Assembly (NCBI GenBank): GCA_905234195.1
Contig: CAJOFR010000001.1
Location: forward strand, 99,057 to 163,056
Direction of reading: 5' to 3'
Length of the DNA stretch: 64,000 bases
Source: an uncultured Selenomonadaceae bacterium
GTDB taxonomy: Bacteria > Bacillota > Negativicutes > Selenomonadales > Selenomonadaceae
Part shown: in pieces, positions 30,028 through 38,190 of the stretch
Layout of the letters: every line of letters begins with the position of its first letter
Numbering within the stretch: the first letter of the stretch is position 1
Notes under the pieces: model-generated
The model's input: only the letters and a program-made list of their open reading frames with translations
Database searches by the model: none
What the model was told of the DNA's origin: nothing
Position numbers and translations under genes: made by a program

Positions 30028-30660
30028 TCAGTACCTGCCTCGCCTGTTCATGTTAGCTATCAGATTTTTCACGAGGACAACGGCAGATTTTTCGAGCGCG
30101 TCATTCACCTGGTCGCCGTTAATTTCGTGACTGCCCACCCGAATAATTCTCAACGGGGCTTTGGTGAAATGCGTCGTCGATTCAGCAACAGAACGCGCCG
30201 TCAATTCCACACGGCTCGTCTCAACATTAATCAGGCGCGCGCTAAGACGAGCAACAACGGTGTAACTGTTACTCGCGAAGCCGGCAATTTCGTTGACGCG
30301 CTTTTTGGAGCTAAGCCCGTCGATACTGCCGACAAGAAGATATTCCGCGCCGTCTATGTTCAAAGTCTGCACAATCGTCACGGGATTAGCCGTTTGCATT
30401 TGAATCATCTGCTCGTCTAAAATTTCCTTGAGGTATTCGCGTTCAAGCAGATCGAATCTTCCGGTGTTGAAAAGTTCGTCGTAAATCACGCCGGTCAAAT
30501 TAATTTGGTCGTCGAAGTTTATATCGGGGGAGACCGCCGCTTTTTTCGTGAAGGGAATGACTGCCGTGCGCGGGTAGTCGTAAATCCCCGCCGCGCAGAT
30601 TTCCGGCAACGCCATTATCAAAAGCGCGCAGATTGTCAAAAAAATTTTTCGTGCGAACAA
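30028..30660 (-). CDS. Secreted CsgG-family-like protein B (210 aa)
   Basis: The TTG start follows GAGGAGGGGG. The motifs are TAVIPFTKK, GRFDLLEREYLKEILDEQ, GAEYLLVGSI and LINVETSRV. Confidence 0.7.
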   Translation of the reverse strand: MFARKIFLTICALLIMALPEICAAGIYDYPRTAVIPFTKKAAVSPDINFDDQINLTGVIYDELFNTGRFDLLEREYLKEILDEQMIQMQTANPVTIVQTLNIDGAEYLLVGSIDGLSSKKRVNEIAGFASNSYTVVARLSARLINVETSRVELTARSVAESTTHFTKAPLRIIRVGSHEINGDQVNDALEKSAVVLVKNLIANMNRRGRY

Positions 30661-30673
30661 TTTTACCCCCTCC

Positions 30674-31570
30674 TCAACGATTTTTATTTTCGTAACGGTA
30701 GCCGCTGCGGTTGCTGACTTTCATTGCGACGCGCTTAAATTTTTTCTCGATTTCCTCCGCCGCAACATTCGCGGCATTTTTTACGGCGTTCCTCTCGGCA
30801 AGATCCTGGCTCGTGCCATTGCCCTTGCCGCTTGCCGTGAACGTGCCGACAATTTCGCCGTTCGTCAGCTTAATAATTTTCGCAGTGACGTCCGCATTTC
30901 CGACGTTAATCGGGTGATTCATGTAGCCACCGGTGCGATAATTCGGGAGCTGAACATTTTGGGCGGCGGCGTGAGTTTTTCCGAGTACAAGATAATCTGC
31001 GCCGTAACTCGAACCAATTCCGACAAGCCCGCGTTCCCCGTTGTAAAGCCTCTCCAACAAAACTGCGTTCTCAAGATTGGCAACAATGTCCGCGTCGACG
31101 ACGTGATTAAATCCGAGTTGCAAAAGTCTGTCGTTCACGGCGGCTTCGCTCAATTCGTCGTGGGTACCGGCGGGCGCGTCGTCCTTCAGCATGATAACGG
31201 TTATGCGCGGGTCGTTCAGCCGCATGATTGTTTCGAGGCGGCTCATCAAATCCGTATCAGCCTCCGCCGCCACGTTCATTCTTGCGCGGACTAGCCAACC
31301 GCCGTCAGAAGTTTTTGTTTCGCTCAAAATTTTTACGTCGTTCACGAAACCCTGCGACGCCGCATAAATTTCGTCAAGCTTGACCATAGAATTTTCAACA
31401 AGAGTATCTGCGTTAATGTAAGTGCCGACAACTTGTTCGACGGCGGCTTGCTCCGCCCTCTTCAGTGCCTCGTCGCGCGTCAAGCCGAATCCTTCCGCAA
31501 CAACTTCCTGCGCGAAAGTGGTTGCCGTCATGAAAATCAAAAGTAGTATCGTGAGAAAAAATTTTTTCAT
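30674..31570 (-). CDS. Secreted protein A (298 aa): an N-terminal LPP20/FlgT-N-like domain plus a CsgG/LpoB-like module
   Basis: ATG 31570 lies 8 nt after GGAGG. It has a signal peptide ending TFA/QE. The N-domain reads GFGLTRDEALKRAEQAAVEQVVGTYINADT. The C-domain has PRITVIMLKD, GADYLVLGK and IIKLTNGEIV. Confidence 0.6.
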   Translation of the reverse strand: MKKFFLTILLLIFMTATTFAQEVVAEGFGLTRDEALKRAEQAAVEQVVGTYINADTLVENSMVKLDEIYAASQGFVNDVKILSETKTSDGGWLVRARMNVAAEADTDLMSRLETIMRLNDPRITVIMLKDDAPAGTHDELSEAAVNDRLLQLGFNHVVDADIVANLENAVLLERLYNGERGLVGIGSSYGADYLVLGKTHAAAQNVQLPNYRTGGYMNHPINVGNADVTAKIIKLTNGEIVGTFTASGKGNGTSQDLAERNAVKNAANVAAEEIEKKFKRVAMKVSNRSGYRYENKNR

Positions 31571-31624
31571 CGTCATCCCCTCCGAAAATTTTTTCCATTA
31601 TACGGCGGCAACTTTAAAACTGCA

Positions 31625-34144
31625 TTAAAATTTTTTCAGAACTTCGCGCAAAAATTTTCCGGTCAGACTTTTTTCGTCGTCGATAATTTCTTCGGGCGTG
31701 CCCTGCGCGACAATAAAGCCGCCGAATTCCCCGCCGCCGGGTCCCATGTCGATAATGTAATCACTGTTCGCAATAACGTCGAGGTCGTGTTCAATGACGA
31801 TAACAGTTGCGCCGGCGTCGACGAGCTTGTTAAAAATCCCCAGCAAATTTTGGACGTCAAGAGGATGCAAACCAATCGTCGGCTCGTCAAAAACAAAAAC
31901 CGCGTCGTCCTGAGTCCTTCCCATTTCTGCGGCAAGTTTCAATCTTTGAGCTTCGCCGCCGGAAAGCGCGGGAGTGTCTTCACCTAAAGTCAGATAGCCC
32001 AGCCCCAAGCCCTGCAGGACGAAAAGTTTATCGCGGATTTTTTTATCGCCGTCGAAAATTTGAATCGCCTCGTTGATTGTCATTTTCATAATCTCCGGCA
32101 AATTTTTCGAGTGCCAAAAAATTTTCTCGGCGTCCTTCCCGTAGCGCGAGCCTTGACAATCCGGACAAGTAACCGTCACGTCGGGAAGAAACTGCACGTC
32201 GAGGGAAATTTGCCCCGTGCCGTCACAAGTCTTGCAACGTAATTTTCCCGTGTTGTAGGAAAAAGCCCCCGCGTTAAATTTTTTAGCCTTCGCGTCCTTC
32301 GTGGCGGCAAAAAGTTTTCGCAGGTCGTCCATTACCCCGCTGTAGGTCGCCACCGTCGAGCGGATATTAATTCCAATCGGCGCGGAGTCGATTAAATTTG
32401 CGCGGGCGATACCTTCGGCGGAAATCTTTTTGACGTGCGCGGGAAGTTTCCTTTTGTCAATCATTGACTGTAACGCGGGAATCAGACTTTCCAAAATCAA
32501 AGTCGTCTTGCCGCTGCCCGAAACCCCCGTCACCGCAACCAATCTGCCCTTCGGAATTTTCAAAGACAGCTCGTGCACGGTATGAATGGGCGCAGTTTCC
32601 ATTTTGATAATTCCCGCGTCGAAAATATTTTCCTTCGGAATTTTCCTGCGCGTCAAAATATTTATCTCTTCGGTGATAAAGCCGGCGATTTTGGAATTTT
32701 TTTCGCGGGAAATTTCTGCGGGGGTGCCCTGCGCGATAATCGTGCCGCCGTCCTTCCCGGCAAGCGGCCCCAACTCAATCATGTAATCTGCGCGCTTTAA
32801 AACTCTGACGTCGTGGTCGACAAGCACGACAGAATTTCCGTCGGCAAGGAGACTGTTCACGACGCCCATAAGCCCTTCGATATTTGACGGGTGCAAGCCG
32901 ATTGACGGTTCGTCAAGAACATAAAGCACACCGGTAGTTTCGTTGCGGACAGCGCGCGCCAACTGAACGCGCTGACGTTCGCCGGTGGAAAGCGTACTGC
33001 TCGCCCTGTCCAACGAAAGATAACCCAGCCCCAAATCTTCAAGCCGCCTTGCATTTTCGAGAAAAGATTCTATAATATTTTCAGCCATCGGGCGCAAATT
33101 TTCGGGCAAAGTCGCGGGAACATCTTTAACCCAAATAATCAGCGCGTCCAAAGTCATCGCCGTAGCTTCGGCAAGATTTTTTCCGGCAAGCATGGACGAA
33201 CGAACTTTTTCACTCAAGCGCGTGCCGTGACAATCCGGACAAATTCCCGTGCGCAAAAATTTTTCGACACGTTTCATTCCGTTTTCGTCCTTGACTTTCG
33301 ACAGCGCATTTTCTACGGTGTACTTCGCGTTAAAATATGTGAAGTCCATTTCGCCGACCGCGCCGCTGGTTTTGTTTTGGTAAATCATGTGGTGCTTGAC
33401 GGGCGCGCCGTGAAAAACAATTTCCCTTTCTTCGGGAGTGAGTTCGCTGAACGGAACGTCGGTACGTACGCCCAAATCCCGCGCAATATCTTTCATTAGC
33501 GACCACATTAGAGTTTGCCAGGGGAGCACCGCGCCTTCGTCAATTGTCAGCGATTCGTCGGGGACAAGCGTCGATTCGTCAACCACGCGCGTAATTCCCG
33601 TGCCTCCGCATGTCGGGCAAGCTCCGTCAGAATTAAAAGCCATCTCCTCCGCGCCGGGTCCGAAAAATTCTTCGCCGCACTCCGGACATTTTATCGGCAA
33701 CATTAACGAAACAGCCATGCTCGGCGCATTCAAGTGACCATTCGGGCAACAGTGACTGCCCACGCGCGAAAACAAAAGCCGCAAGCTGTTCAAAAGCTCC
33801 GACGCCGTGCCAAAAGTACTGCGGACATTCGGGACGCCAGGCCTCTGGTGAAGAGCCAGCGCGGCGGGAACGTGTTTGACTTCGTCGACGTCAGCCCTTC
33901 CTGTCTGTGAAATCCTCCTGCGTGTGTAAGTCGAAAGAGCCTCCAAATATCTGCGCGACCCTTCAGCGTAAAGAGTGCCGAGAGCCAAAGAAGATTTTCC
34001 GCTGCCCGAAACACCGGCAATAGCCGTCAACTTCCCCAGCGGTATATCGACGTCAATGTTTTTCAAGTTATGAACTTTCGCGCCGCGCACAATAATATTT
34101 TTCGGCGGCGTCCGGCTAAAATTTTTTTCTGCAAAACTTTCCAC
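31625..34144 (-). CDS. UvrA-family ABC ATPase paralog that lacks the UvrB-binding domain (UvrA2 / class II-like)
   Basis: 839 aa with two ABC modules (GVSGSGKSS twice, LSGGEAQRL, LSTGERQRV). Only about 22 aa lie between HCCPNGH and CPECG, where canonical UvrA carries the ~135-aa UvrB-binding domain. The insertion-domain-length segment between CPTCGGTG and CPDCHGTRL is retained. Confidence 0.85.
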   Translation of the reverse strand: MESFAEKNFSRTPPKNIIVRGAKVHNLKNIDVDIPLGKLTAIAGVSGSGKSSLALGTLYAEGSRRYLEALSTYTRRRISQTGRADVDEVKHVPAALALHQRPGVPNVRSTFGTASELLNSLRLLFSRVGSHCCPNGHLNAPSMAVSLMLPIKCPECGEEFFGPGAEEMAFNSDGACPTCGGTGITRVVDESTLVPDESLTIDEGAVLPWQTLMWSLMKDIARDLGVRTDVPFSELTPEEREIVFHGAPVKHHMIYQNKTSGAVGEMDFTYFNAKYTVENALSKVKDENGMKRVEKFLRTGICPDCHGTRLSEKVRSSMLAGKNLAEATAMTLDALIIWVKDVPATLPENLRPMAENIIESFLENARRLEDLGLGYLSLDRASSTLSTGERQRVQLARAVRNETTGVLYVLDEPSIGLHPSNIEGLMGVVNSLLADGNSVVLVDHDVRVLKRADYMIELGPLAGKDGGTIIAQGTPAEISREKNSKIAGFITEEINILTRRKIPKENIFDAGIIKMETAPIHTVHELSLKIPKGRLVAVTGVSGSGKTTLILESLIPALQSMIDKRKLPAHVKKISAEGIARANLIDSAPIGINIRSTVATYSGVMDDLRKLFAATKDAKAKKFNAGAFSYNTGKLRCKTCDGTGQISLDVQFLPDVTVTCPDCQGSRYGKDAEKIFWHSKNLPEIMKMTINEAIQIFDGDKKIRDKLFVLQGLGLGYLTLGEDTPALSGGEAQRLKLAAEMGRTQDDAVFVFDEPTIGLHPLDVQNLLGIFNKLVDAGATVIVIEHDLDVIANSDYIIDMGPGGGEFGGFIVAQGTPEEIIDDEKSLTGKFLREVLKKF

Positions 34145-34217
34145 AAAAAATCCCCCGTCAATTTTAAATCCCGCTTATAATACAACCTGAACCTGAAAAT
34201 TATCTTTAAAACTTTTC

Positions 34218-34246
34218 TTGCCTAGTTTCGATTTTAGATTTATACT
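34218..34246 (+). promoter_or_regulatory. Promoter candidate (TTGCCT-17 nt-TATACT)
   Basis: The hexamers lie at 34218-34223 and 34241-34246, upstream of the 34283 ORF. Confidence 0.4.
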
Positions 34247-34282
34247 ATTACAGATTTTTATAATCGGGAGTTTGGAATTTTG

Positions 34283-34657
34283 ATGAGGAATTTTTTTATT
34301 GTAGTGGCGGCGATTATTTTTCTGGACGTTCAAACCTGCGCGGCTGAAAATTTAAAATTCATTGACGCCAAAGGAGATGTCGGCTATTTCGTCGACGTGG
34401 ATACTTTTAAATCGGTGAGCCCTTCCGTCTTTGAAATAAATTTCGTCGTGATAAAAATCGACGTGAATCAAATGGAAGTGACGGCGTTGCAGATAAATCA
34501 CGCGGAAAAAACTTACACGATTCTTTCGACAAAAACTTTGTCCTACGACGAGCGGGCGGAGCTGGCTACGGACGACGAGCAGAGACCCGCGCGGTCATAT
34601 TCAGATAAATCTTTAATGGGCGAAATGGTGCACATTATTCTTTACGGAGGCGATTAA
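34283..34657 (+). CDS. Small secreted protein (124 aa), function unknown
   Basis: It has a signal peptide (FFIVVAAIIFLDVQTCAA/EN). I recognise no family. It lies immediately upstream of the LptD-like gene. Confidence 0.45.
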   Translation: MRNFFIVVAAIIFLDVQTCAAENLKFIDAKGDVGYFVDVDTFKSVSPSVFEINFVVIKIDVNQMEVTALQINHAEKTYTILSTKTLSYDERAELATDDEQRPARSYSDKSLMGEMVHIILYGGD

Positions 34658-34690
34658 AATGAATTTAAAGAAGATACGGATGGTTGTCCC

Positions 34691-36256
34691 ATGAAAAATT
34701 TTTACAGGCTGAAAAAATTTACGGCTGTGTCGCTTTGCACTTTAGGGGCTAATTTTATTTTTTCCGAAGCCCCAAAGGCCGAAGCTGTCTACGAGGCGAG
34801 ATCCGATACAGGCACCGAACTTTTTAACTATATTGAAAATCGACGGCGCGAGGAACGAGCCAACGCTTTGACCGAAGAACAGAAAAAATTGCTGAAAGAT
34901 ATAGAGACGGCGAAAAATAATTTGCCAAAACCTATCCAAGAGGGCGAGCCTGTTCCCGTAGCTTTTGAGGGCAGCAGTTTATCTTTCGACGCCGCGACGG
35001 GAGAATTTTCTGCGGCGGGTAAAGTTGATATCATTCAGCTTGAAGGCTATCGCTTTCAGAGCCGCGAGGCCGCCGGAAATATCAACGAACAAGAAATTCG
35101 CGTGCACGGCAAGGCGCACATGTTGCAGCTGGTTGAGGGCGCGCCGCGTGTCACCCTCGACGGCTATGATACCGTTTACAATTACGGCACGAAGACCGGC
35201 ACAATGGGCAGGGCGCGCGGAAAAGCCGGCGAATATTATATTTCCGGCAAGCGTTTTGAATTTTATCCGGATCATATCGTCGTTTATGACGCCACGCAGA
35301 CGAAGTGCGGAGCGAAGAAACCCGATTATCACGTCGGCGCAAAGAGAATGGAAATTTGGCCCGAACAAATTATTCGCATGTACGACGTCAAATTTTATGT
35401 CGGCGAAAGAATGGTCGGCTCGCGCGGCTATTTTGAAAAAAAGATTGAGGAGGGCGATAACCCCTACTTCCCGCGTCTCGGCTACGATACGGATCACGGC
35501 GCGTATATCGAAGACACTTTCGAGATCCCCGTTATCAACGAACATTTCAAGGGCGTGATACATGCGCATATCGGGACAAAAAGCCACATCCGCAGCAACG
35601 CAGAATTTCATTATGACAACAGGGAATTTTCCGCGAAGGCTTTGTACGGCTACTACTACGACACCAATAAATCTTGGATTAAGAAGGAACCCGGGCTGGA
35701 TTTGCTTTTCCGCAAGCGTATTCCGAATTTACCGATGAGTTACAGCATCGAATACGAAATTGGCGATTGGAGCGCGCGCGGAATTTCGAGCACCCACCAG
35801 GAATTTGAAATTGGTCTGGCTCACGACCCTATAACGCTGTTTAAGAAGTACAATCTTTTTTTGAGCACGAGTTACAAAATTACGAAAGACGACGTGAAAA
35901 CTTCCGGCGTTGGCGATTCAACCGTTAAGGGCATGAATTATCGCGGTGTGGTTATGCGGGAATTTGACGACAGGTTTGCCGCTTATCTCGGCTACGAGTA
36001 CACGAAAAACAATTCTCAAAACTCGGTCTTCGATTTCGGTTTAGACAGTTACTCGAATAAATTTATCGCCGGCGCAAGTTATCGGCTGACTGACAGAGAT
36101 CGCTTTGTTGTCGGCTTAAAATTTGACTCGGCGCGCAGGAGACTTGAAGACGCGGATTATTATTGGTACCGTGACTTGCACTGCTCGACGGCGATTATTC
36201 GCTGGCGGCAAAAGCGTCATAAATGGGAAGTTCGTTGGCAATTTACGCCATGGTAA
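34691..36256 (+). CDS. LptD/OstA-like outer-membrane beta-barrel protein
   Basis: It has a signal peptide, an OstA-like N-domain (GKVDIIQLEGYRFQSREAAGNINEQEIRVHGKAHM), a TKCG...PDYHVGAKRMEIWP segment like the LptD TTC...PxW region, alternating beta-strand sequence and an aromatic C-terminus (RWQFTPW). Confidence 0.55.
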   Translation: MKNFYRLKKFTAVSLCTLGANFIFSEAPKAEAVYEARSDTGTELFNYIENRRREERANALTEEQKKLLKDIETAKNNLPKPIQEGEPVPVAFEGSSLSFDAATGEFSAAGKVDIIQLEGYRFQSREAAGNINEQEIRVHGKAHMLQLVEGAPRVTLDGYDTVYNYGTKTGTMGRARGKAGEYYISGKRFEFYPDHIVVYDATQTKCGAKKPDYHVGAKRMEIWPEQIIRMYDVKFYVGERMVGSRGYFEKKIEEGDNPYFPRLGYDTDHGAYIEDTFEIPVINEHFKGVIHAHIGTKSHIRSNAEFHYDNREFSAKALYGYYYDTNKSWIKKEPGLDLLFRKRIPNLPMSYSIEYEIGDWSARGISSTHQEFEIGLAHDPITLFKKYNLFLSTSYKITKDDVKTSGVGDSTVKGMNYRGVVMREFDDRFAAYLGYEYTKNNSQNSVFDFGLDSYSNKFIAGASYRLTDRDRFVVGLKFDSARRRLEDADYYWYRDLHCSTAIIRWRQKRHKWEVRWQFTPW

Positions 36257-36299
36257 TAAAATTTTTTGTCGAATGAAAATTTGGAAGGAGTTTTTATTA

Positions 36300-37511
36300 A
36301 TGTTCAATGACATGCACAAATCGGCGGGTGTTGCTTATCCGCAGGGCTTCACTGCGGCGGGAGTTCGCGCAGGTATCAAAAAAAGCGGTAACCTCGACGT
36401 CGCGGTAATCTATACCGAAAAAACGGCGGCGGTCGCCGGAGTTTTCACGCAGAATCAAGTTGCGGCGGCTCCCGTCAGAGTGAGCAAGATTGTCGCTGAT
36501 ACGGGCACTGCCCACGCGATTGTTGCCAATGCCGGCTGTGCAAACGCTTGCACGGGCGAACAGGGTCTTCGTGACGCCGAAAAGATGGCCGACATTGCCG
36601 CGAAGGAGCTCGGTTGCCGCCAAGATGATGTTATTGTCGCGTCGACGGGGGTTATCGGCGTTGCCTTGCCTATGGACAAAATGGAGGCGGGAATTAAATC
36701 CGCCGTCAAGGAACTTTCGCGCGAAGGCAGTGTCAACGCGGGCAATGCGATTATCACGACGGACACCTATTCTAAAGCCTGCGCGACCGAAGTTGAAATC
36801 GGAGGCAAGGAAGTTCGTTTCGGGGCAATAGCAAAGGGTTCCGGTATGATTATGCCGAACATGGCGACGATGCTTTGCTTTATCACGACGGACGCCGACA
36901 TTGAAAGGAAGTTGTTGCAGGAGGCGTTAAGCGAAATAACCGAAGTCACCTTCAACATGCTCACCGTCGACGGCGATACCTCCACAAATGATATGGTTAT
37001 CGTGCTTGCGAACGGCGCGGCTGAAAATCCGAAAATCACTTCCAAAAATGCGGACTACGAAAAATTTTATGCGACGCTTAAGGAAATGTGCACCGAACTT
37101 GCAAAACGCATTGCCGCTGACGGAGAAGGCGCGTCGAAATTTTTGACGATTAATGTGCACGGCGCGGAGACTTTCGCGGACGCAAAAAAAATCGGTATGG
37201 CTATTGCGAACTCCCTGCTCGTAAAAACTGCTTTCTTCGGCGAAGATCCGAACTGGGGGCGCGTGATTTGTGCCGTCGGTTATTCGGGCGTGCGCATAAG
37301 CCCAGAAAAAACTATCATAAAATACGGCGGCATCCCCGTTTATGCTCACAGCGTCGGCGTAAAATTTGACGAGAACGAAATTAAAAAGGTCATGACGGCT
37401 CACGACATAACGATTGATATTGAATTGGGTCTCGGCGATTTTGACGCGACTGTTTGGACTTGCGATACCTCCTTCCAGTACGTCAAGATTAACGCCGATT
37501 ATACGACTTGA
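36300..37511 (+). CDS. argJ: Bifunctional ornithine acetyltransferase / N-acetylglutamate synthase
   Basis: Motifs GFTAAGVRAGIKK, the self-cleavage site ATMLCFITTDA and NWGRVICAVG are present. The start is ATG 36300, after GGAAGGAG. Confidence 0.9.
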   Translation: MFNDMHKSAGVAYPQGFTAAGVRAGIKKSGNLDVAVIYTEKTAAVAGVFTQNQVAAAPVRVSKIVADTGTAHAIVANAGCANACTGEQGLRDAEKMADIAAKELGCRQDDVIVASTGVIGVALPMDKMEAGIKSAVKELSREGSVNAGNAIITTDTYSKACATEVEIGGKEVRFGAIAKGSGMIMPNMATMLCFITTDADIERKLLQEALSEITEVTFNMLTVDGDTSTNDMVIVLANGAAENPKITSKNADYEKFYATLKEMCTELAKRIAADGEGASKFLTINVHGAETFADAKKIGMAIANSLLVKTAFFGEDPNWGRVICAVGYSGVRISPEKTIIKYGGIPVYAHSVGVKFDENEIKKVMTAHDITIDIELGLGDFDATVWTCDTSFQYVKINADYTT

Positions 37512-37529
37512 TTTTTGCGGGTGAATCGA

Positions 37530-38165
37530 ATGGAAAAAAAATCCGGCTTTTACGTTTCAAAAATCGACGATAAAATTTTTGCGCGTATCAAGGGAAAATC
37601 TTTCAAGGATAATTGCACGCTCCCGCTTGATGATTTGCGCTACCTGCACCTGCTCCACAAAAACCTGCGCGGCGAAAATTGTGCAGGCGAAATGATTTGC
37701 AACGTCTATATCGTGGCTGACCTGCTGGATATTTTTCAAAAGCTGTACGCTGAAAATTATCCGATAGAAAAAATTCGCCTGATTGACGAGTACGACGCCG
37801 ACGACGAACTTTCCATGCGCGATAATAATTCTTCGTGCTTCAACTTCAGATTTGTTTCGCGCACGACGAAAATTTCTAAGCATGGACTTGCCGCCGCCGT
37901 CGATATAAATCCGCTTTATAATCCTTACGTCAGAATTTGGGACGGCGTTGAGGTTGTCGAGCCGGCAAACGCAAAAGAGTACGTCGACCGAAATAAAAAT
38001 TTCCCCTACAAAATTGACGAGAAAGATTTTTGCTACAAACTTTTCACCGAACACGGCTTCGAGTGGGGCGGGAGCTGGAGCCACTGCAAAGATTATCAGC
38101 ACTTTGAAATTCCCGACGACGTCTTATCAAAAATTTATCCCGAATTAATTAGAGGCTGCCTGTGA
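37530..38165 (+). CDS. M15 (LAS-fold, VanY/D-Ala-D-Ala peptidase-like) zinc peptidase
   Basis: The zinc ligand pattern H-x6-D (SKHGLAAAVD) plus a distal His (DYQHFE) is present, along with the FEWGGSW motif. Confidence 0.7.
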   Translation: MEKKSGFYVSKIDDKIFARIKGKSFKDNCTLPLDDLRYLHLLHKNLRGENCAGEMICNVYIVADLLDIFQKLYAENYPIEKIRLIDEYDADDELSMRDNNSSCFNFRFVSRTTKISKHGLAAAVDINPLYNPYVRIWDGVEVVEPANAKEYVDRNKNFPYKIDEKDFCYKLFTEHGFEWGGSWSHCKDYQHFEIPDDVLSKIYPELIRGCL

Positions 38166-38190
38166 AAAATCTTTTGAGGAGGAATTTTTT

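Noticed and set aside
34965-35611. Overlapping 197-aa (+) and 210-aa (-) ORFs inside the LptD-like gene.
   Set aside because: These are alternative-frame or antisense artifacts, Arg/Ala-rich and with no RBS. The annotated frame carries the signal peptide and the beta-barrel pattern.
36257-36299. A possible ArgR ARG box (CGAATGAAAATTTG) upstream of argJ.
   Set aside because: It only partly matches the TGAAT-4W-ATTCA consensus, is a single half-quality site, and lies in a 43-nt spacer that is mostly RBS.
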